A stretch of DNA of 64,000 bases from a virus, in IMG/VR virus record IMGVR_UViG_3300026097_001223, positions 1 through 64,000 of that record; one strand, 5' to 3'. The first letter of the stretch is position 1. Each line of letters starts with the position of its first letter. Position numbers and translations under genes: made by a program. The notes below the pieces were generated by a model that worked only from the letters and a program-made list of their open reading frames with translations, searched no databases and was not told the DNA's origin. Shown here piece by piece: positions 25,543 through 35,779 of this stretch.

Positions 25543-26858
25543 TTTTCACCTGTCCAAATATACTGTGTGGTAGTTGCACTGTTGGTAACATATTCTGTGT
25601 CTTGAGAGTCACTGTCAAAGCTCACTGTCCAACTCGAGCCATTGAATTCTACAATGTCATTCGCCTTGGCAACAAGATCACCCCACGCACTGCTAGGATC
25701 TGTATTATCTGCATCGCCAACAGCATCAGTGAGTAGGTATCGTGTGCCTGAAACTGGATTAAGTCCTGCACCCGGTCCGCTTCTTAAAGGATCAACAATA
25801 GCATCCACTGCGCCGAGTGTGTTCACAGGCAGTGTGTCAGGATCTATAGTGTACAATAGTATCCTTGGATCAGTAGGGTGCTGTGCTACTGTGCCAACTA
25901 TCTCAGTGTCTAATCTGCTGTCATCCAGCCTAATTTGACTTATACCACTGCGCAGTTCACCATAAAGATCGATCACGGTGCTCCAGACCAACTCTGAGTT
26001 AGTGTTTTCCTCTGGTGGTACTAGACTTGAATTAGGTGTGTTAGTTACTTGTTCCGGCGGCAGGATCTGTATCTGATTGTTTAACACTACAACACTGTAG
26101 TTAAAAGGAGTAATAACAATTCGTGTTCCTAACAGCAAGTCATTGTCAGTAATAGCATTATTTGCGTCACCATTTTCGTCAAACACACTTGCAACAATTT
26201 TTTCTACTACGCCTAGTTTTTTAACTCTTGCCGGTCCGCTGATCCAAATCGGCATTTTAAAACGTAAACTTGCAATGTCAATTGGATCGTCTGTGCCCAC
26301 TGGTATGGTTCTACTGGTCCAAGTCACATCATCTAACTCTACTACACTGAGGCTGGTCCAGTCAATGTAATTGTCTGTGCTTTGTATTTCCAGTGCTGGG
26401 TTAAACAGTGTGAGTATTTGCTCAAGCAATTGCAGTTTTTGGTTGGTATTACTGGTCCAAATTTCCAATTGCACTTCTAGTTCATAAGGAACAGGCATTG
26501 CACGTTCAACTGTGAATGCATTGCCCTGTGTGGTATCATATGTTTCAGTTGTAGGATCATAGGTACGTTGTCTAACACTCATCTTGTTGACATGATACGG
26601 TTCCTGCATTCTTGGACGATCGTAGTTTAGATTGCTTACATAAAATGTCATCAGCGGAGTTGCTGGCAATGTTGCGGCACTGTTTTGTTGTATAACAGTT
26701 GCAACCTGTCTACTGCTATCGCCGTAACGAACAGGCACTCGATAAAGTGTAGCTGCACCAGTGCTGTCTTTGCCGTACTCTATCTGGAAGTTACTAAAGA
26801 TTCGTGTAAATTGCAATAAAAATCTACGTATCTGTTCGTCATAAAAAAAGCTTTGCAT
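25485..26858 (-). CDS. 15: Tail terminator / sheath stabiliser (gp15-like) with C-terminal extension
   Basis: 'FFYDEQIRRFLLQF..IFSN', 'RVPVRYG', 'MPVPYEL', 'QLLEQILTLFNP'. Confidence 0.8.
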   Translation of the reverse strand: MQSFFYDEQIRRFLLQFTRIFSNFQIEYGKDSTGAATLYRVPVRYGDSSRQVATVIQQNSAATLPATPLMTFYVSNLNYDRPRMQEPYHVNKMSVRQRTYDPTTETYDTTQGNAFTVERAMPVPYELEVQLEIWTSNTNQKLQLLEQILTLFNPALEIQSTDNYIDWTSLSVVELDDVTWTSRTIPVGTDDPIDIASLRFKMPIWISGPARVKKLGVVEKIVASVFDENGDANNAITDNDLLLGTRIVITPFNYSVVVLNNQIQILPPEQVTNTPNSSLVPPEENTNSELVWSTVIDLYGELRSGISQIRLDDSRLDTEIVGTVAQHPTDPRILLYTIDPDTLPVNTLGAVDAIVDPLRSGPGAGLNPVSGTRYLLTDAVGDADNTDPSSAWGDLVAKANDIVEFNGSSWTVSFDSDSQDTEYVTNSATTTQYIWTGENWLKSYQGLYQGGDWSLVL

Positions 26859-28144
26859 TAGTTGTCTGCCTCAGGTTTAAGTGCATCACTTAAACTTTGT
26901 CTGCTTGGAATTAGTCCGCGATCTGTGGTTTGTACAGTGTCAGTGTTGTTTACAAACTCACTTCGTTGACTATCATTGCTAGGTCCAGGTGTAAGGTCTG
27001 TTCTCACTGCACTTTCTATATGTACCCAACGGGTTCCGTTGTAACGAAACAGTCTGTTGGGTTTGTAGTCCAATCTCAAACAGTAATCTCCTGCGTCGGC
27101 AGATATCGGAAAGCTAACACCTGGTGTAACTGGCAACCCGTTGGGCGGAATACCATCGCCTGTGAGATAACCCATGGTATAACCATCGCTTCTAGGTGTG
27201 TTATTGCTTATTGTACTAGCATCAGCTTCTTCGTCACCAGCTGGAGTAACAGGATTACCTTCTTCATCACTGGCAACAATGTAAAACTTTGTAACATCAT
27301 ATCCACTTAGTGGAACTTCTGCTTCAGCCTGTGTGAGAATTGCGTCGTTGATTTCAAGATCTTTGCTCTTGGTTGTAATCGTATCCAAGAAACTTTCTGG
27401 TGTAGTTTGTTCCCAGTAGGTGGTATTTGCAAGTTCTGTGCCCGCTGGAACATCTATTTTTGCTGTGTATTCCAGTCCGCCTAGTAGTACTTTAGTACCA
27501 GCAGGGTAAAAGTTGCCAGGGTCCCAATCAGTTCCTGAACTGTTTGATTTTTCTAAAATACTGTTGTATTCTTGTGCACCCACCATTGGTGTTGCTTTTA
27601 CACGCCACAAGTGCGGTTGCCATGTTGGAGTAAAGCCTTCACTGGCAAATGCTGCATCCTGTATCACATAGTACCTTGGCAAAGGTGTAGGTTGTCCGGT
27701 GTCCAGCGGATGATAATCTTTGAGATTTGGAATCTCTAATACATCGCCACTCATCAATTTTCTGCCAAGCGAGTCAATCATATCATTGTAGTGAAATGTT
27801 ATAAACAGTGTGTCATTGTTTAGGAACAGACCAAACTGTGTTAGATCAAAGTCAAGATCGCTGACTGTGTACACACCACGCATGATGTATACACTATCGT
27901 CGTATACTCTGTCTCTGTTTTCTAAAAGCAGTAGATCTTCAATGAACAGTGGATTCTCAGAATCATATGATGGCTGAGTAGCGTCGCCAGTTTCAGCACT
28001 GCTTAGATCGCCAGTGGCTTCTGGACCTAAATACTTGTGTACAAAGATATCAATGCCACCAACAGTGTACATTTCTCTGATTGTTCTGTCAAGAAATTTA
28101 TAATCGTTGGTCTTGTTCGGTTTATATAAACTTAATCGTGGCAT
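26858..28144 (-). CDS. 14: Neck protein (gp14-like, extended)
   Basis: 'DLTQFGLFLNNDTLFITFH..MI..LGRKL.SGDVLEIP'. Minus-strand late box TAAATA at 28161-28166. Confidence 0.7.
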   Translation of the reverse strand: MPRLSLYKPNKTNDYKFLDRTIREMYTVGGIDIFVHKYLGPEATGDLSSAETGDATQPSYDSENPLFIEDLLLLENRDRVYDDSVYIMRGVYTVSDLDFDLTQFGLFLNNDTLFITFHYNDMIDSLGRKLMSGDVLEIPNLKDYHPLDTGQPTPLPRYYVIQDAAFASEGFTPTWQPHLWRVKATPMVGAQEYNSILEKSNSSGTDWDPGNFYPAGTKVLLGGLEYTAKIDVPAGTELANTTYWEQTTPESFLDTITTKSKDLEINDAILTQAEAEVPLSGYDVTKFYIVASDEEGNPVTPAGDEEADASTISNNTPRSDGYTMGYLTGDGIPPNGLPVTPGVSFPISADAGDYCLRLDYKPNRLFRYNGTRWVHIESAVRTDLTPGPSNDSQRSEFVNNTDTVQTTDRGLIPSRQSLSDALKPEADN

Positions 28145-28181
28145 GGTATTTCCTATAAAGTATTTATGGACTTCAGAAAGG

Positions 28182-28210
28182 TTGACAGATGATGTTGCCT
28201 AGTGTACTAT
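28182..28210 (+). promoter_or_regulatory. sigma70-type early promoter
   Basis: TTGACA-N17-TACTAT. Confidence 0.8.
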
Positions 28211-28236
28211 ATATAAAGTAGTTGAAAGGAGCAAGT

Positions 28237-29373
28237 ATGACAGTGGCAGTAAGCAAGATCAAACTCCGAGCAGATCAGATCAAATACACTGGTCCAGAAC
28301 CAGAGTGGAACACGCAACCTTCGATGGACGACGACGAATCCAGTCGCCGAATTGCAATTGGACGAGCGTTTGATTGGTACAATTATCATCTCGGTCGCTC
28401 AGAAGCCAAAGACTTTGTTTTAGAATATTTGAATAACGCTGAACGCAAAACAGAAGCTGATGCTTACAAGCGTGGTCCAGATAATATCTATCTAACAACC
28501 TATGGCTGGCTGGCCCGTATGGCAACCAAAGGACTTGAGCTTACTGAAAAAGAAAACAGCAGGTTAGAAGATCACATCTCCGAATGTGTAGAAGCCGCAC
28601 AGGAAGAACAAGAGCAAAATCTAGCAGAAAAGAAAGCTCCAGTGCTCAGTGTTCAAGATCGCATGCGTATTAAAATGTCGCAGGCTATGGGCGAAATCGA
28701 AGGCATGCTTGATGAGTTTGCTGATACAGGCTATAAAGATGTACCAGAATTTTTAGGTGTGTTTGAAAGCTATGAGTCTCCGGCACCGATGGCGCCAATG
28801 GTTATTGATGAATGGACTCAGCGCCGAGAGGAATATCAAACTGCAATTGATCAAGCTGATCCAGATGTTGTAGAAGCTTATAGCCACTTGGGCAAGATTC
28901 AACTGCGCAATCTTGTAAAGTTTGCTGATGCAGTGATTGCTGGAATAAACAGCTATGCACAAAGCAAAAAAGTAGCTCGTAAGCCTCGTAAAAAGAAACC
29001 AGTGTCGCCTGAAAAGATCACACAAAAGTTTAAGTATCTTAAAAAGCATGAACCTCTAAAGATCGAAAGCATTGCTGTTACCAAGTTAGTAGAATGCAGT
29101 GAAGCATACTTGTATGATATTAAAAAACGCAAGCTGATACAGGTTGTAGCCGACAGTCACTTGAAAACATTCACAGTAAAAAACAACAGCATAGTTGGCT
29201 TTGATCCAGTTAAAACTGTGCAAAAAACACTGCGTAAACCCGAAGAGCAACTCAAAGAGTTTATGAAAGCCAGTGTGCCAAATGCTAGAAAGATCTTCAA
29301 AGACATTAAGTCAGTTGAAATCAAGTTTACAGGACGCGGCAACGAAAACTTGGTCTTACTTAGAGCAAAATGA
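28237..29373 (+). CDS. Conserved hypothetical early protein of T4-like phages (start revised from 28222)
   Basis: SD AAGGAG before ATG 28237. Lys-rich C-terminal region 'RKPRKKKP..KTLRKPEEQL..GR.N'. Confidence 0.75.
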   Translation: MTVAVSKIKLRADQIKYTGPEPEWNTQPSMDDDESSRRIAIGRAFDWYNYHLGRSEAKDFVLEYLNNAERKTEADAYKRGPDNIYLTTYGWLARMATKGLELTEKENSRLEDHISECVEAAQEEQEQNLAEKKAPVLSVQDRMRIKMSQAMGEIEGMLDEFADTGYKDVPEFLGVFESYESPAPMAPMVIDEWTQRREEYQTAIDQADPDVVEAYSHLGKIQLRNLVKFADAVIAGINSYAQSKKVARKPRKKKPVSPEKITQKFKYLKKHEPLKIESIAVTKLVECSEAYLYDIKKRKLIQVVADSHLKTFTVKNNSIVGFDPVKTVQKTLRKPEEQLKEFMKASVPNARKIFKDIKSVEIKFTGRGNENLVLLRAK

Positions 29374-29714
29374 AACAACAGATCATTGATGCACTGAAAG
29401 AAGTATACGACCCCGAAATCAGTATCAATGTGTATGATTTGGGCTTGATATATGAAATCACTTTAAGTGATCAAGAACAAAAGTGTGATGTATTAATGAC
29501 TTTAACCAGTGCATTTTGCCCAATGGCAGATCATATTGTAAACGAAGTAAAGACCGCAGTGCAAACAGCGTCCGGCATAGACGCTGTTTCGGTTGAAGTT
29601 ACATTTGATCCTCCGCTGACTCCTGATAGAATGAGCGACGAAGCTAAACTAGCACTAGGGTATGATTTCAGCAACGACATTGAGAGAGATAATTTAATCT
29701 TCAGTAGTCGATAA
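29370..29714 (+). CDS. sufT: SufT/PaaD-like (DUF59/MIP18) Fe-S cluster assembly protein
   Basis: 'ALKEVYDPEISINVYDLGLIY', 'MTLTSAFCP', 'VEVTFDPP.TP.RMS'. Confidence 0.9.
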   Translation: MKQQIIDALKEVYDPEISINVYDLGLIYEITLSDQEQKCDVLMTLTSAFCPMADHIVNEVKTAVQTASGIDAVSVEVTFDPPLTPDRMSDEAKLALGYDFSNDIERDNLIFSSR

Positions 29715-29736
29715 ATAATTGTCTAAGAGATACATC

Positions 29737-30498
29737 ATGGCAGACATCACAATTGACACACTGAAATCCAATCTTATTGACTATGTAAGACTACAGCTGG
29801 GCGATGATATCATTGATATCGAACTTGATCCAGCGCACTACGAAGCGGCTTATCAAAAAACTGTTGGCACTTATAGACAACGTGCTCAAAATGCCTACGA
29901 AGAAAGCTATATTTTTCTTGAGCTAGTGGAAGAAGAAAACACGTACACCTTGCCACAGGATGTTCAAAGTGTCAGACAGGTGTTCCGCAGAACAATCGGC
30001 AATGCCACAGGACCAGGTAGTAGCAGTTTTGATCCGTTTTCGGCAGCAACACTGAATGTATATCTGCTGAACTATAATGCATCAGGTGGTCTAGCCACTT
30101 ATGATTTCTACACTCAGTATGTGGAACAAGCTGCTAGAATGTTTGGTGGGTATATGAACTACACTTTTAATCCAGTGACAAAACAGCTACAGCTTATTCG
30201 CAACATACGCGGTGATGGTGAAGTTGTGCTACTATGGGTATATCAGTTAAAGCCTGAGTTTGTGTTATTACAAGACATGCAAATATCTCAATGGATCAAA
30301 GACTACATGGTTGGAGCTAGTAAACTCATAATCGGTGAAGCAAGGGAAAAATATGCCGCTATAGCAGGTCCACAGGGCGGTACAGCACTCAACGGTGCTA
30401 GTATGAAAGCCGAAGGCCAGGCTATCATGGATAGCAAAATTGAAGAGCTCAACAACTACATTGATGGTTCACAACCACTCACTTGGGTAATCGGATAA
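29737..30498 (+). CDS. 13: Neck protein (gp13-like; start revised from 29719)
   Basis: 'LQLGDDIIDIEL', 'WIKDY...KLIIGE..KYA.I.GPQGG..LNG..MK.EG'. Late box TAAATA at 29712-29717. Confidence 0.8.
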   Translation: MADITIDTLKSNLIDYVRLQLGDDIIDIELDPAHYEAAYQKTVGTYRQRAQNAYEESYIFLELVEEENTYTLPQDVQSVRQVFRRTIGNATGPGSSSFDPFSAATLNVYLLNYNASGGLATYDFYTQYVEQAARMFGGYMNYTFNPVTKQLQLIRNIRGDGEVVLLWVYQLKPEFVLLQDMQISQWIKDYMVGASKLIIGEAREKYAAIAGPQGGTALNGASMKAEGQAIMDSKIEELNNYIDGSQPLTWVIG

Positions 30499-30773
30499 TG
30501 CGTAGCGAAGATTTCTTACCCGAACACAAAATGGTTTGGAAGCGCAGTAAAAGCGGCAAGGTCAGCATGAAGTGGCGCTGCATGAGCGGGCCAAGAGCTG
30601 GTAGAACAGTGCCAAGTGTAGCAGATTGTTCCAAAGCACCTGATGTAGCACAATCAATTCGCATGAAAAAAACTCGTGCACAAACCAAAGTGCGCCAAGC
30701 ACGTAAAGCAAAGAAAACCAAAAGAGTAAACCCGTCAAGCAGACTTATTTCTCGTCTTAACAAATATCGTTAG
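30498..30773 (+). CDS. Small, very basic protein with a capsid-targeting-like N-terminus
   Basis: TAATG coupling. MRSEDFLPE followed by a K/R-rich body. Confidence 0.6.
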   Translation: MRSEDFLPEHKMVWKRSKSGKVSMKWRCMSGPRAGRTVPSVADCSKAPDVAQSIRMKKTRAQTKVRQARKAKKTKRVNPSSRLISRLNKYR

Positions 30774-30781
30774 AGGTTAAC

Positions 30782-31435
30782 ATGATCATTGGAATATGCG
30801 GACTAATCGGTTCTGGCAAAGGAACGGTGGCTGACATTCTTGTGGAAAATCACGGATTTAAAAAAATTGCATTTGCTGATCGAGTCAAAGATGGACTGTC
30901 AACACTGTTTGGATGGCCCAGAGACCTATTAGAAGGGGACACAGATCGTAGTCGTTTGTGGCGCGAAAAGCCAGATGAGTTTTGGACAAAAGAGCTAGGC
31001 AAAGAAATCACACCAAGACTGGTTATGCAGTTGTTTGGCACAAACTGTATGCGACAAGGATTCAATGATAACATCTGGGTAAACATTGTAAAGCAACAAC
31101 TGTTAGCAGAACCAGAAACCAACTGGGTAATACCTGATGCTAGGTTTGCCAATGAAGTACAAATGGTTAAAAATCTAGGCGGAAAAGTTTGGCAGATTCG
31201 CAGAGGCGAGCTACCACCGTGGTGGAACACAGCTATTAAAACAAACTCAATTGATCCTGCTCAAGAATGGATACTGTATGACACGCAGGAACACATGGAA
31301 ACTGGATATCCAGACATACACGAAAGCGAATGGCGCTGGGTCGACACTGACGATGCGTTTGATTCAATTATCGAAAACTCCACGCTTGAAGAACTAGCTA
31401 TCGAGGTTAAAGATCTGGTTCAAGGTCACTGGTAG
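30782..31435 (+). CDS. 1: Deoxynucleoside monophosphate kinase (gp1-like)
   Basis: 'IIGICGLIGSGKGT', 'FAD.VKD', 'PRLVMQLFGT', 'VIPDARFANE'. Confidence 0.93.
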   Translation: MIIGICGLIGSGKGTVADILVENHGFKKIAFADRVKDGLSTLFGWPRDLLEGDTDRSRLWREKPDEFWTKELGKEITPRLVMQLFGTNCMRQGFNDNIWVNIVKQQLLAEPETNWVIPDARFANEVQMVKNLGGKVWQIRRGELPPWWNTAIKTNSIDPAQEWILYDTQEHMETGYPDIHESEWRWVDTDDAFDSIIENSTLEELAIEVKDLVQGHW

Positions 31436-31751
31436 ACCAAGGAACGCCGCTTTTTTTAATTTCTTCTGCGCAGTTTAAACATATACTTCTAAGATTATAA
31501 CCATTAACATCGTTTAGATCTCCGTTTATATGATGCACACTTATTTGACTGCTGTATTTTGATCTAAATCCGCACCGATCGCACATACGTTTTTTCTCAT
31601 AGCCTGCACTCTTCCATCGAGGTTGTTGTTTGGGTAATTTCTTTTTGGCTCGTATACAACGGTCACACTGTGATCGGTAATAAACCTTATTGCCCTTATA
31701 ACAGTTGATTGCCACAGGGTTTTGTTTGCATGTTGGGCAGAGTTTTCGCAT
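31407..31751 (-). CDS. Zn-finger HNH endonuclease
   Basis: CxxC pairs and 'VHHINGDLNDVNGYNLRSICLNC'. Confidence 0.8.
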   Translation of the reverse strand: MRKLCPTCKQNPVAINCYKGNKVYYRSQCDRCIRAKKKLPKQQPRWKSAGYEKKRMCDRCGFRSKYSSQISVHHINGDLNDVNGYNLRSICLNCAEEIKKSGVPWSTSDLEPDL

Positions 31752-31841
31752 AACATAGATATTTAGTCCTTACGTAAGGGCACCTGCTACACCCTATTTT
31801 CTAGTTTTTTTATAAATAAACACAGTAAGAGGATAAAGAAT

Positions 31842-34800
31842 ATGGCTTTAGTAAGTCCTGGTGTTGAAGTCACCGTAATCGACGAATCAAATTATCTACC
31901 GGCTGCAGCCGCAACAGTTCCTACAATTGTTATTGCTACAGCTCAGAACAAACAAAGTGGCACCGGCACTGGAATAGCTGGCGGAACCACTGTTGCAAAT
32001 GCTGGGAGACCATTTCTGGTGACCAGTCAACGAGAGCTTGTAACCACGTTTGGAAATCCGTTTTTCTATAAAACAACCAATGGTACGCCAATCAACGGCT
32101 ATGAGCTCAACGAATATGGATTGCTAGCTGCATACAGTGTGCTAGGAGTTACTAATCGTGCATTTATAGTAAGAGCTGATATTGATCTAGCAGAACTCAC
32201 AGCAACCACAGTAAGGCCGACAGGCAATCCTGATAACGGCACTTATTGGTTCGATCTGAATACCACACAGTATGGTGTATTTGAATGGAGTGCTACTACC
32301 GGCAGTTTTACAAATAAGACACTAATTCAAATCACAGATACAGCTAATTTAGATACTGGTATACCAAAAGACAGCATTGGAAACTACGGTGATTATGCTG
32401 TGGTTAATACTAATGTTAATAACCCAGTATACTATAAAGCCAGCAGACTAGACGGACTAACTGCAAGTGCTGGTTGGGTGCTAGTAGGCAGCGATGACTG
32501 GTGCACTGCTTGGCCTACTATACAAACTCCTAACAGTAATCCTACACTAGTAGCATCTGCAACTATTGTCATCAACGGCGACACTGTAACAGTACCAGAT
32601 ACAACAATATCAGGACTAGCCGTTGCAATTAACACTGCAAGTATTACAGGTGTAACCGCGGCAGTGGTTAACAACAAGCTTGAACTTTATGCAGACACTA
32701 CGGCTACCAGTGACGGAAGCACCGAAGACGGTATTATTGATATTATAGATGGATCGGGTATTACACTAACACTGTTAGGAATACTTGCAGGAACATATGC
32801 ATGCCCAGCACTACAACAAACACCTCACACACAAGTGCCAAGATGGAGAAGCACAGATACTACACCTAGACCAACAGGAAGTATTTGGCAAAAAACAACT
32901 GCGGTAAACCAAGGTACAGATCTTGTTGTAAAACGCTATGACAGCGTGTTAGGCAGTTTTGTTGAGCAAGATGCTCCTCTGTATGCCAATGATCAAACTG
33001 CTAATAATGCACTTGATCCATCAGGTGGCGGACAGAATATCAGCCAAAATGCAACTTATACACAAACAGATGTTAGTGAAAATAATACATTAACCTTTAA
33101 ATTGTTTGAAAGAATCAGCGCAGGACAAACTGTTGTAACCAGTGAAGATACATCACCAACATTTAGCATTGGCACCACCTTTACGATTCAGGCAAGTGCA
33201 TCTGGCAGTAATTCTCTAACAACAGCAGTAACTGCCACACTAAACGGCACTGACGCTGCCAGTTTTGTTGAAGCATTTTTGAACGCAAACGTTGCAAATA
33301 CCACTGCTAGTGTAACAGCAGGCGGCGCGGTGCAGATACGACACACACAAGGTGGTGTAATTGTACTTAAAGACACTGGTTTTGGAAACACACCTGTGGC
33401 AGATGCAGGATTTAATACAAGTCTAGTCAATGTAAGAGCCGGAAACGAAAATGATTTAATTTTGAGTAACTGGATCCCATTAGGCGGTACAGACGGTTAT
33501 ACTGCAAGTTTAACAGCACCAGATCAAGATCCATCAAATGGTACCAAGTGGTATTACAGTGCTGTAGACGAAATTGATATTATGATTCATGATGGCACAG
33601 CCTGGAAAGGTTACCAAAATGTCACCAATGATGTGCGTGGTTTTAACCTAAGCAACACTGACCCTCTAGGGCCGCAGGTGAGTGCAAGTGCGCCAACTAC
33701 ACAAACAGATGGCACTGCTCTTGTACAAGGTGATTTGTGGATTGATTCAAGCGACTTAGAAAATTATCCAAGAATCTATCGCTGGGAGTCACAGAGTGGC
33801 GAACTGCAATGGGTATTACTTGATAACACAGATCAAACCACAGAGAACGGTGTAGTATTTGCTGATGCACGTTGGGGAACCAGTGGATCAGTGGATCCAG
33901 TAGCAGGTGATCTTCCGACTATAACCAGTTTGTTAACCAGTGATTACCTTGATCTTGATGCACCAGACGAAAACCTGTATCCAGCAGGAACACTGCTGTT
34001 TAATACACGTAGAAGTGGATTCAACGTCAAAGAGTTCCGTGTTAACTATTTCAACAGCGACGACTTCTCTGGTGTTATTCCTAGCGAAACAGATGCCTGG
34101 GTAACAGTAGCCGGTAATAAAGATGATGGAAGTCCTTATATGGGCAGACAGTCAGTTCGCCAGCTTGTAGTGCAGGCTATGAAAAGTTCGTTGGATAACA
34201 GTGTAGAGCTTCGTGAAGAGCAAAGAGACTTTAACTTGATTTCTGCACCAGGATATCCAGAGTTGTACAGCAACATGGTTACATTAAACAACGACAGAGA
34301 CAACACGGCATTTGTAATTGGTGATACTCCATTAAGACTGAGCAACGATGCAAATGAACTTCTTACTTGGGCAACCAACAACAATGGTGCTGGATTAAGC
34401 ACAGGTGATGGATTAACTGTAAATGACACGTACCTTGGAGTGTTCTACCCAAGTTGTCAAACCAGCGACCTTACAGGCAGTACAGTGGTACAGCCAGCCA
34501 GTCACATGATGCTGAGAACATTTATTCGAAGTGATGAAGTCAGCTTCCCTTGGTTAGCACCAGCCGGTATTAGACGAGGAGTTGTAGATAATGCTACAGC
34601 AATCGGATATATCGACAGTGCCACAGGTGAATTTGAAAGCATAAATGTAAGTCAAGGTATACGTGACGTTTTATACGAAAACAAAGTTAACCCAATTACA
34701 TTTATTCCAGGTACAGGTATTACAAACTTTGGTAACAAGACCACTACTGGTGTGACCAGTGCGCTTGACAGAATCAACGTTGCAAGACTAGTTGCCTTCC

Positions 34801-35087
34801 TAAGAGGCAGACTTGAAGAGATTGGACGCCAATTCTTGTTTGAGCCAAATGACAAAGCCACACGTGATGAAGTTAAACTAGTAGTCGAAGGACTGCTAAA
34901 TGACTTGATTGCCAAGCGTGGTATCTTTGACTACTTGGTTGTATGCGACGAGTCAAACAATACTCCAGCTAGAATTGATCGCAACGAACTTTATGTTGAT
35001 GTTGCAATTGAGCCAAGCAAAGCAGTTGAGTTTGTTTACATTCCGTTGAGAATCCAGAATACTGGAGAGATCGCAGGAAGTCAGTAA
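31842..35087 (+). CDS. 18: Tail sheath protein (gp18), 1081 aa
   Basis: 'MALVSPGVEVTVIDES', 'WLAPAGIRRG', 'ALDRINVARL', 'RNELYVDVAIEP.KAVEFVYI'. Late box TATAAATA at ~31811. Confidence 0.97.
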   Translation: MALVSPGVEVTVIDESNYLPAAAATVPTIVIATAQNKQSGTGTGIAGGTTVANAGRPFLVTSQRELVTTFGNPFFYKTTNGTPINGYELNEYGLLAAYSVLGVTNRAFIVRADIDLAELTATTVRPTGNPDNGTYWFDLNTTQYGVFEWSATTGSFTNKTLIQITDTANLDTGIPKDSIGNYGDYAVVNTNVNNPVYYKASRLDGLTASAGWVLVGSDDWCTAWPTIQTPNSNPTLVASATIVINGDTVTVPDTTISGLAVAINTASITGVTAAVVNNKLELYADTTATSDGSTEDGIIDIIDGSGITLTLLGILAGTYACPALQQTPHTQVPRWRSTDTTPRPTGSIWQKTTAVNQGTDLVVKRYDSVLGSFVEQDAPLYANDQTANNALDPSGGGQNISQNATYTQTDVSENNTLTFKLFERISAGQTVVTSEDTSPTFSIGTTFTIQASASGSNSLTTAVTATLNGTDAASFVEAFLNANVANTTASVTAGGAVQIRHTQGGVIVLKDTGFGNTPVADAGFNTSLVNVRAGNENDLILSNWIPLGGTDGYTASLTAPDQDPSNGTKWYYSAVDEIDIMIHDGTAWKGYQNVTNDVRGFNLSNTDPLGPQVSASAPTTQTDGTALVQGDLWIDSSDLENYPRIYRWESQSGELQWVLLDNTDQTTENGVVFADARWGTSGSVDPVAGDLPTITSLLTSDYLDLDAPDENLYPAGTLLFNTRRSGFNVKEFRVNYFNSDDFSGVIPSETDAWVTVAGNKDDGSPYMGRQSVRQLVVQAMKSSLDNSVELREEQRDFNLISAPGYPELYSNMVTLNNDRDNTAFVIGDTPLRLSNDANELLTWATNNNGAGLSTGDGLTVNDTYLGVFYPSCQTSDLTGSTVVQPASHMMLRTFIRSDEVSFPWLAPAGIRRGVVDNATAIGYIDSATGEFESINVSQGIRDVLYENKVNPITFIPGTGITNFGNKTTTGVTSALDRINVARLVAFLRGRLEEIGRQFLFEPNDKATRDEVKLVVEGLLNDLIAKRGIFDYLVVCDESNNTPARIDRNELYVDVAIEPSKAVEFVYIPLRIQNTGEIAGSQ

Positions 35088-35091
35088 TATG

Positions 35092-35117
35092 CAAGGGCCT
35101 TTTAGGCCCTTGGTTTT
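35092..35117 (+). terminator. Hairpin / weak terminator between sheath and tube genes
   Basis: CAAGGGCCT-TTT-AGGCCCTTG, short U-tract, then TAAATA at 35125-35130. Confidence 0.55.
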
Positions 35118-35150
35118 GATACCATAAATACGTTTATAAGGAAGAATATA

Positions 35151-35768
35151 ATGGCAATTTCATCATTAACAAAAATGACAGTACCTTTAGAAGGACAATC
35201 CAACCAAGGACTGTTAATGCCGAAACTAAAGTATCGCTTTAGAGTGAGTTTTAACAATTTTGGAATCAGTACACCGAGAACAGAACTTACCAAGCAGGTT
35301 ATGACATTCAGTAGACCAGAAGTTCAGTTTGATGACATCACAATCGACATTTATAACAGTAAGTTAAGACTTGCTGGTAAACACGAATGGCAGGATGTCC
35401 AGGTTGAGTTGCGTGACGATGCCGGCGGCAACGTTGCAAAGCTAGTAGGCGAGCAACTACAAAAGCAGATGGACTTTGCAGAAATGTCAAGCGCCGCCGC
35501 TGGTATTGATTACAAGTTCACAACCTATTGCGAAATACTTGACGGTGGCAACGGCGAAACAGAACCAACAGTGTTAGAAACTTGGGAACTGTACGGTTGT
35601 TATTTGACCACAGTCAACTACGAAGATCTGGATTACAGCGAGAGTGCACCAGTTACCATGACACTGACCATGCGCTATGACAATGCACTACAAACGCCAC
35701 TAGGCAATGGAGTTGGCGCGAGCCTAGGCAGCCTAGTTCGTAATACAGCAGGATCTGCAACAGCCTAA
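35151..35768 (+). CDS. 19: Tail tube protein (gp19)
   Basis: 'PKLKYRFRVSF', 'LAGKHEW', 'WELYGCY...Y..LDY...PVT..LT.RYDNA'. Confidence 0.9.
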   Translation: MAISSLTKMTVPLEGQSNQGLLMPKLKYRFRVSFNNFGISTPRTELTKQVMTFSRPEVQFDDITIDIYNSKLRLAGKHEWQDVQVELRDDAGGNVAKLVGEQLQKQMDFAEMSSAAAGIDYKFTTYCEILDGGNGETEPTVLETWELYGCYLTTVNYEDLDYSESAPVTMTLTMRYDNALQTPLGNGVGASLGSLVRNTAGSATA

Positions 35769-35779
35769 GGCAGGGTAGC

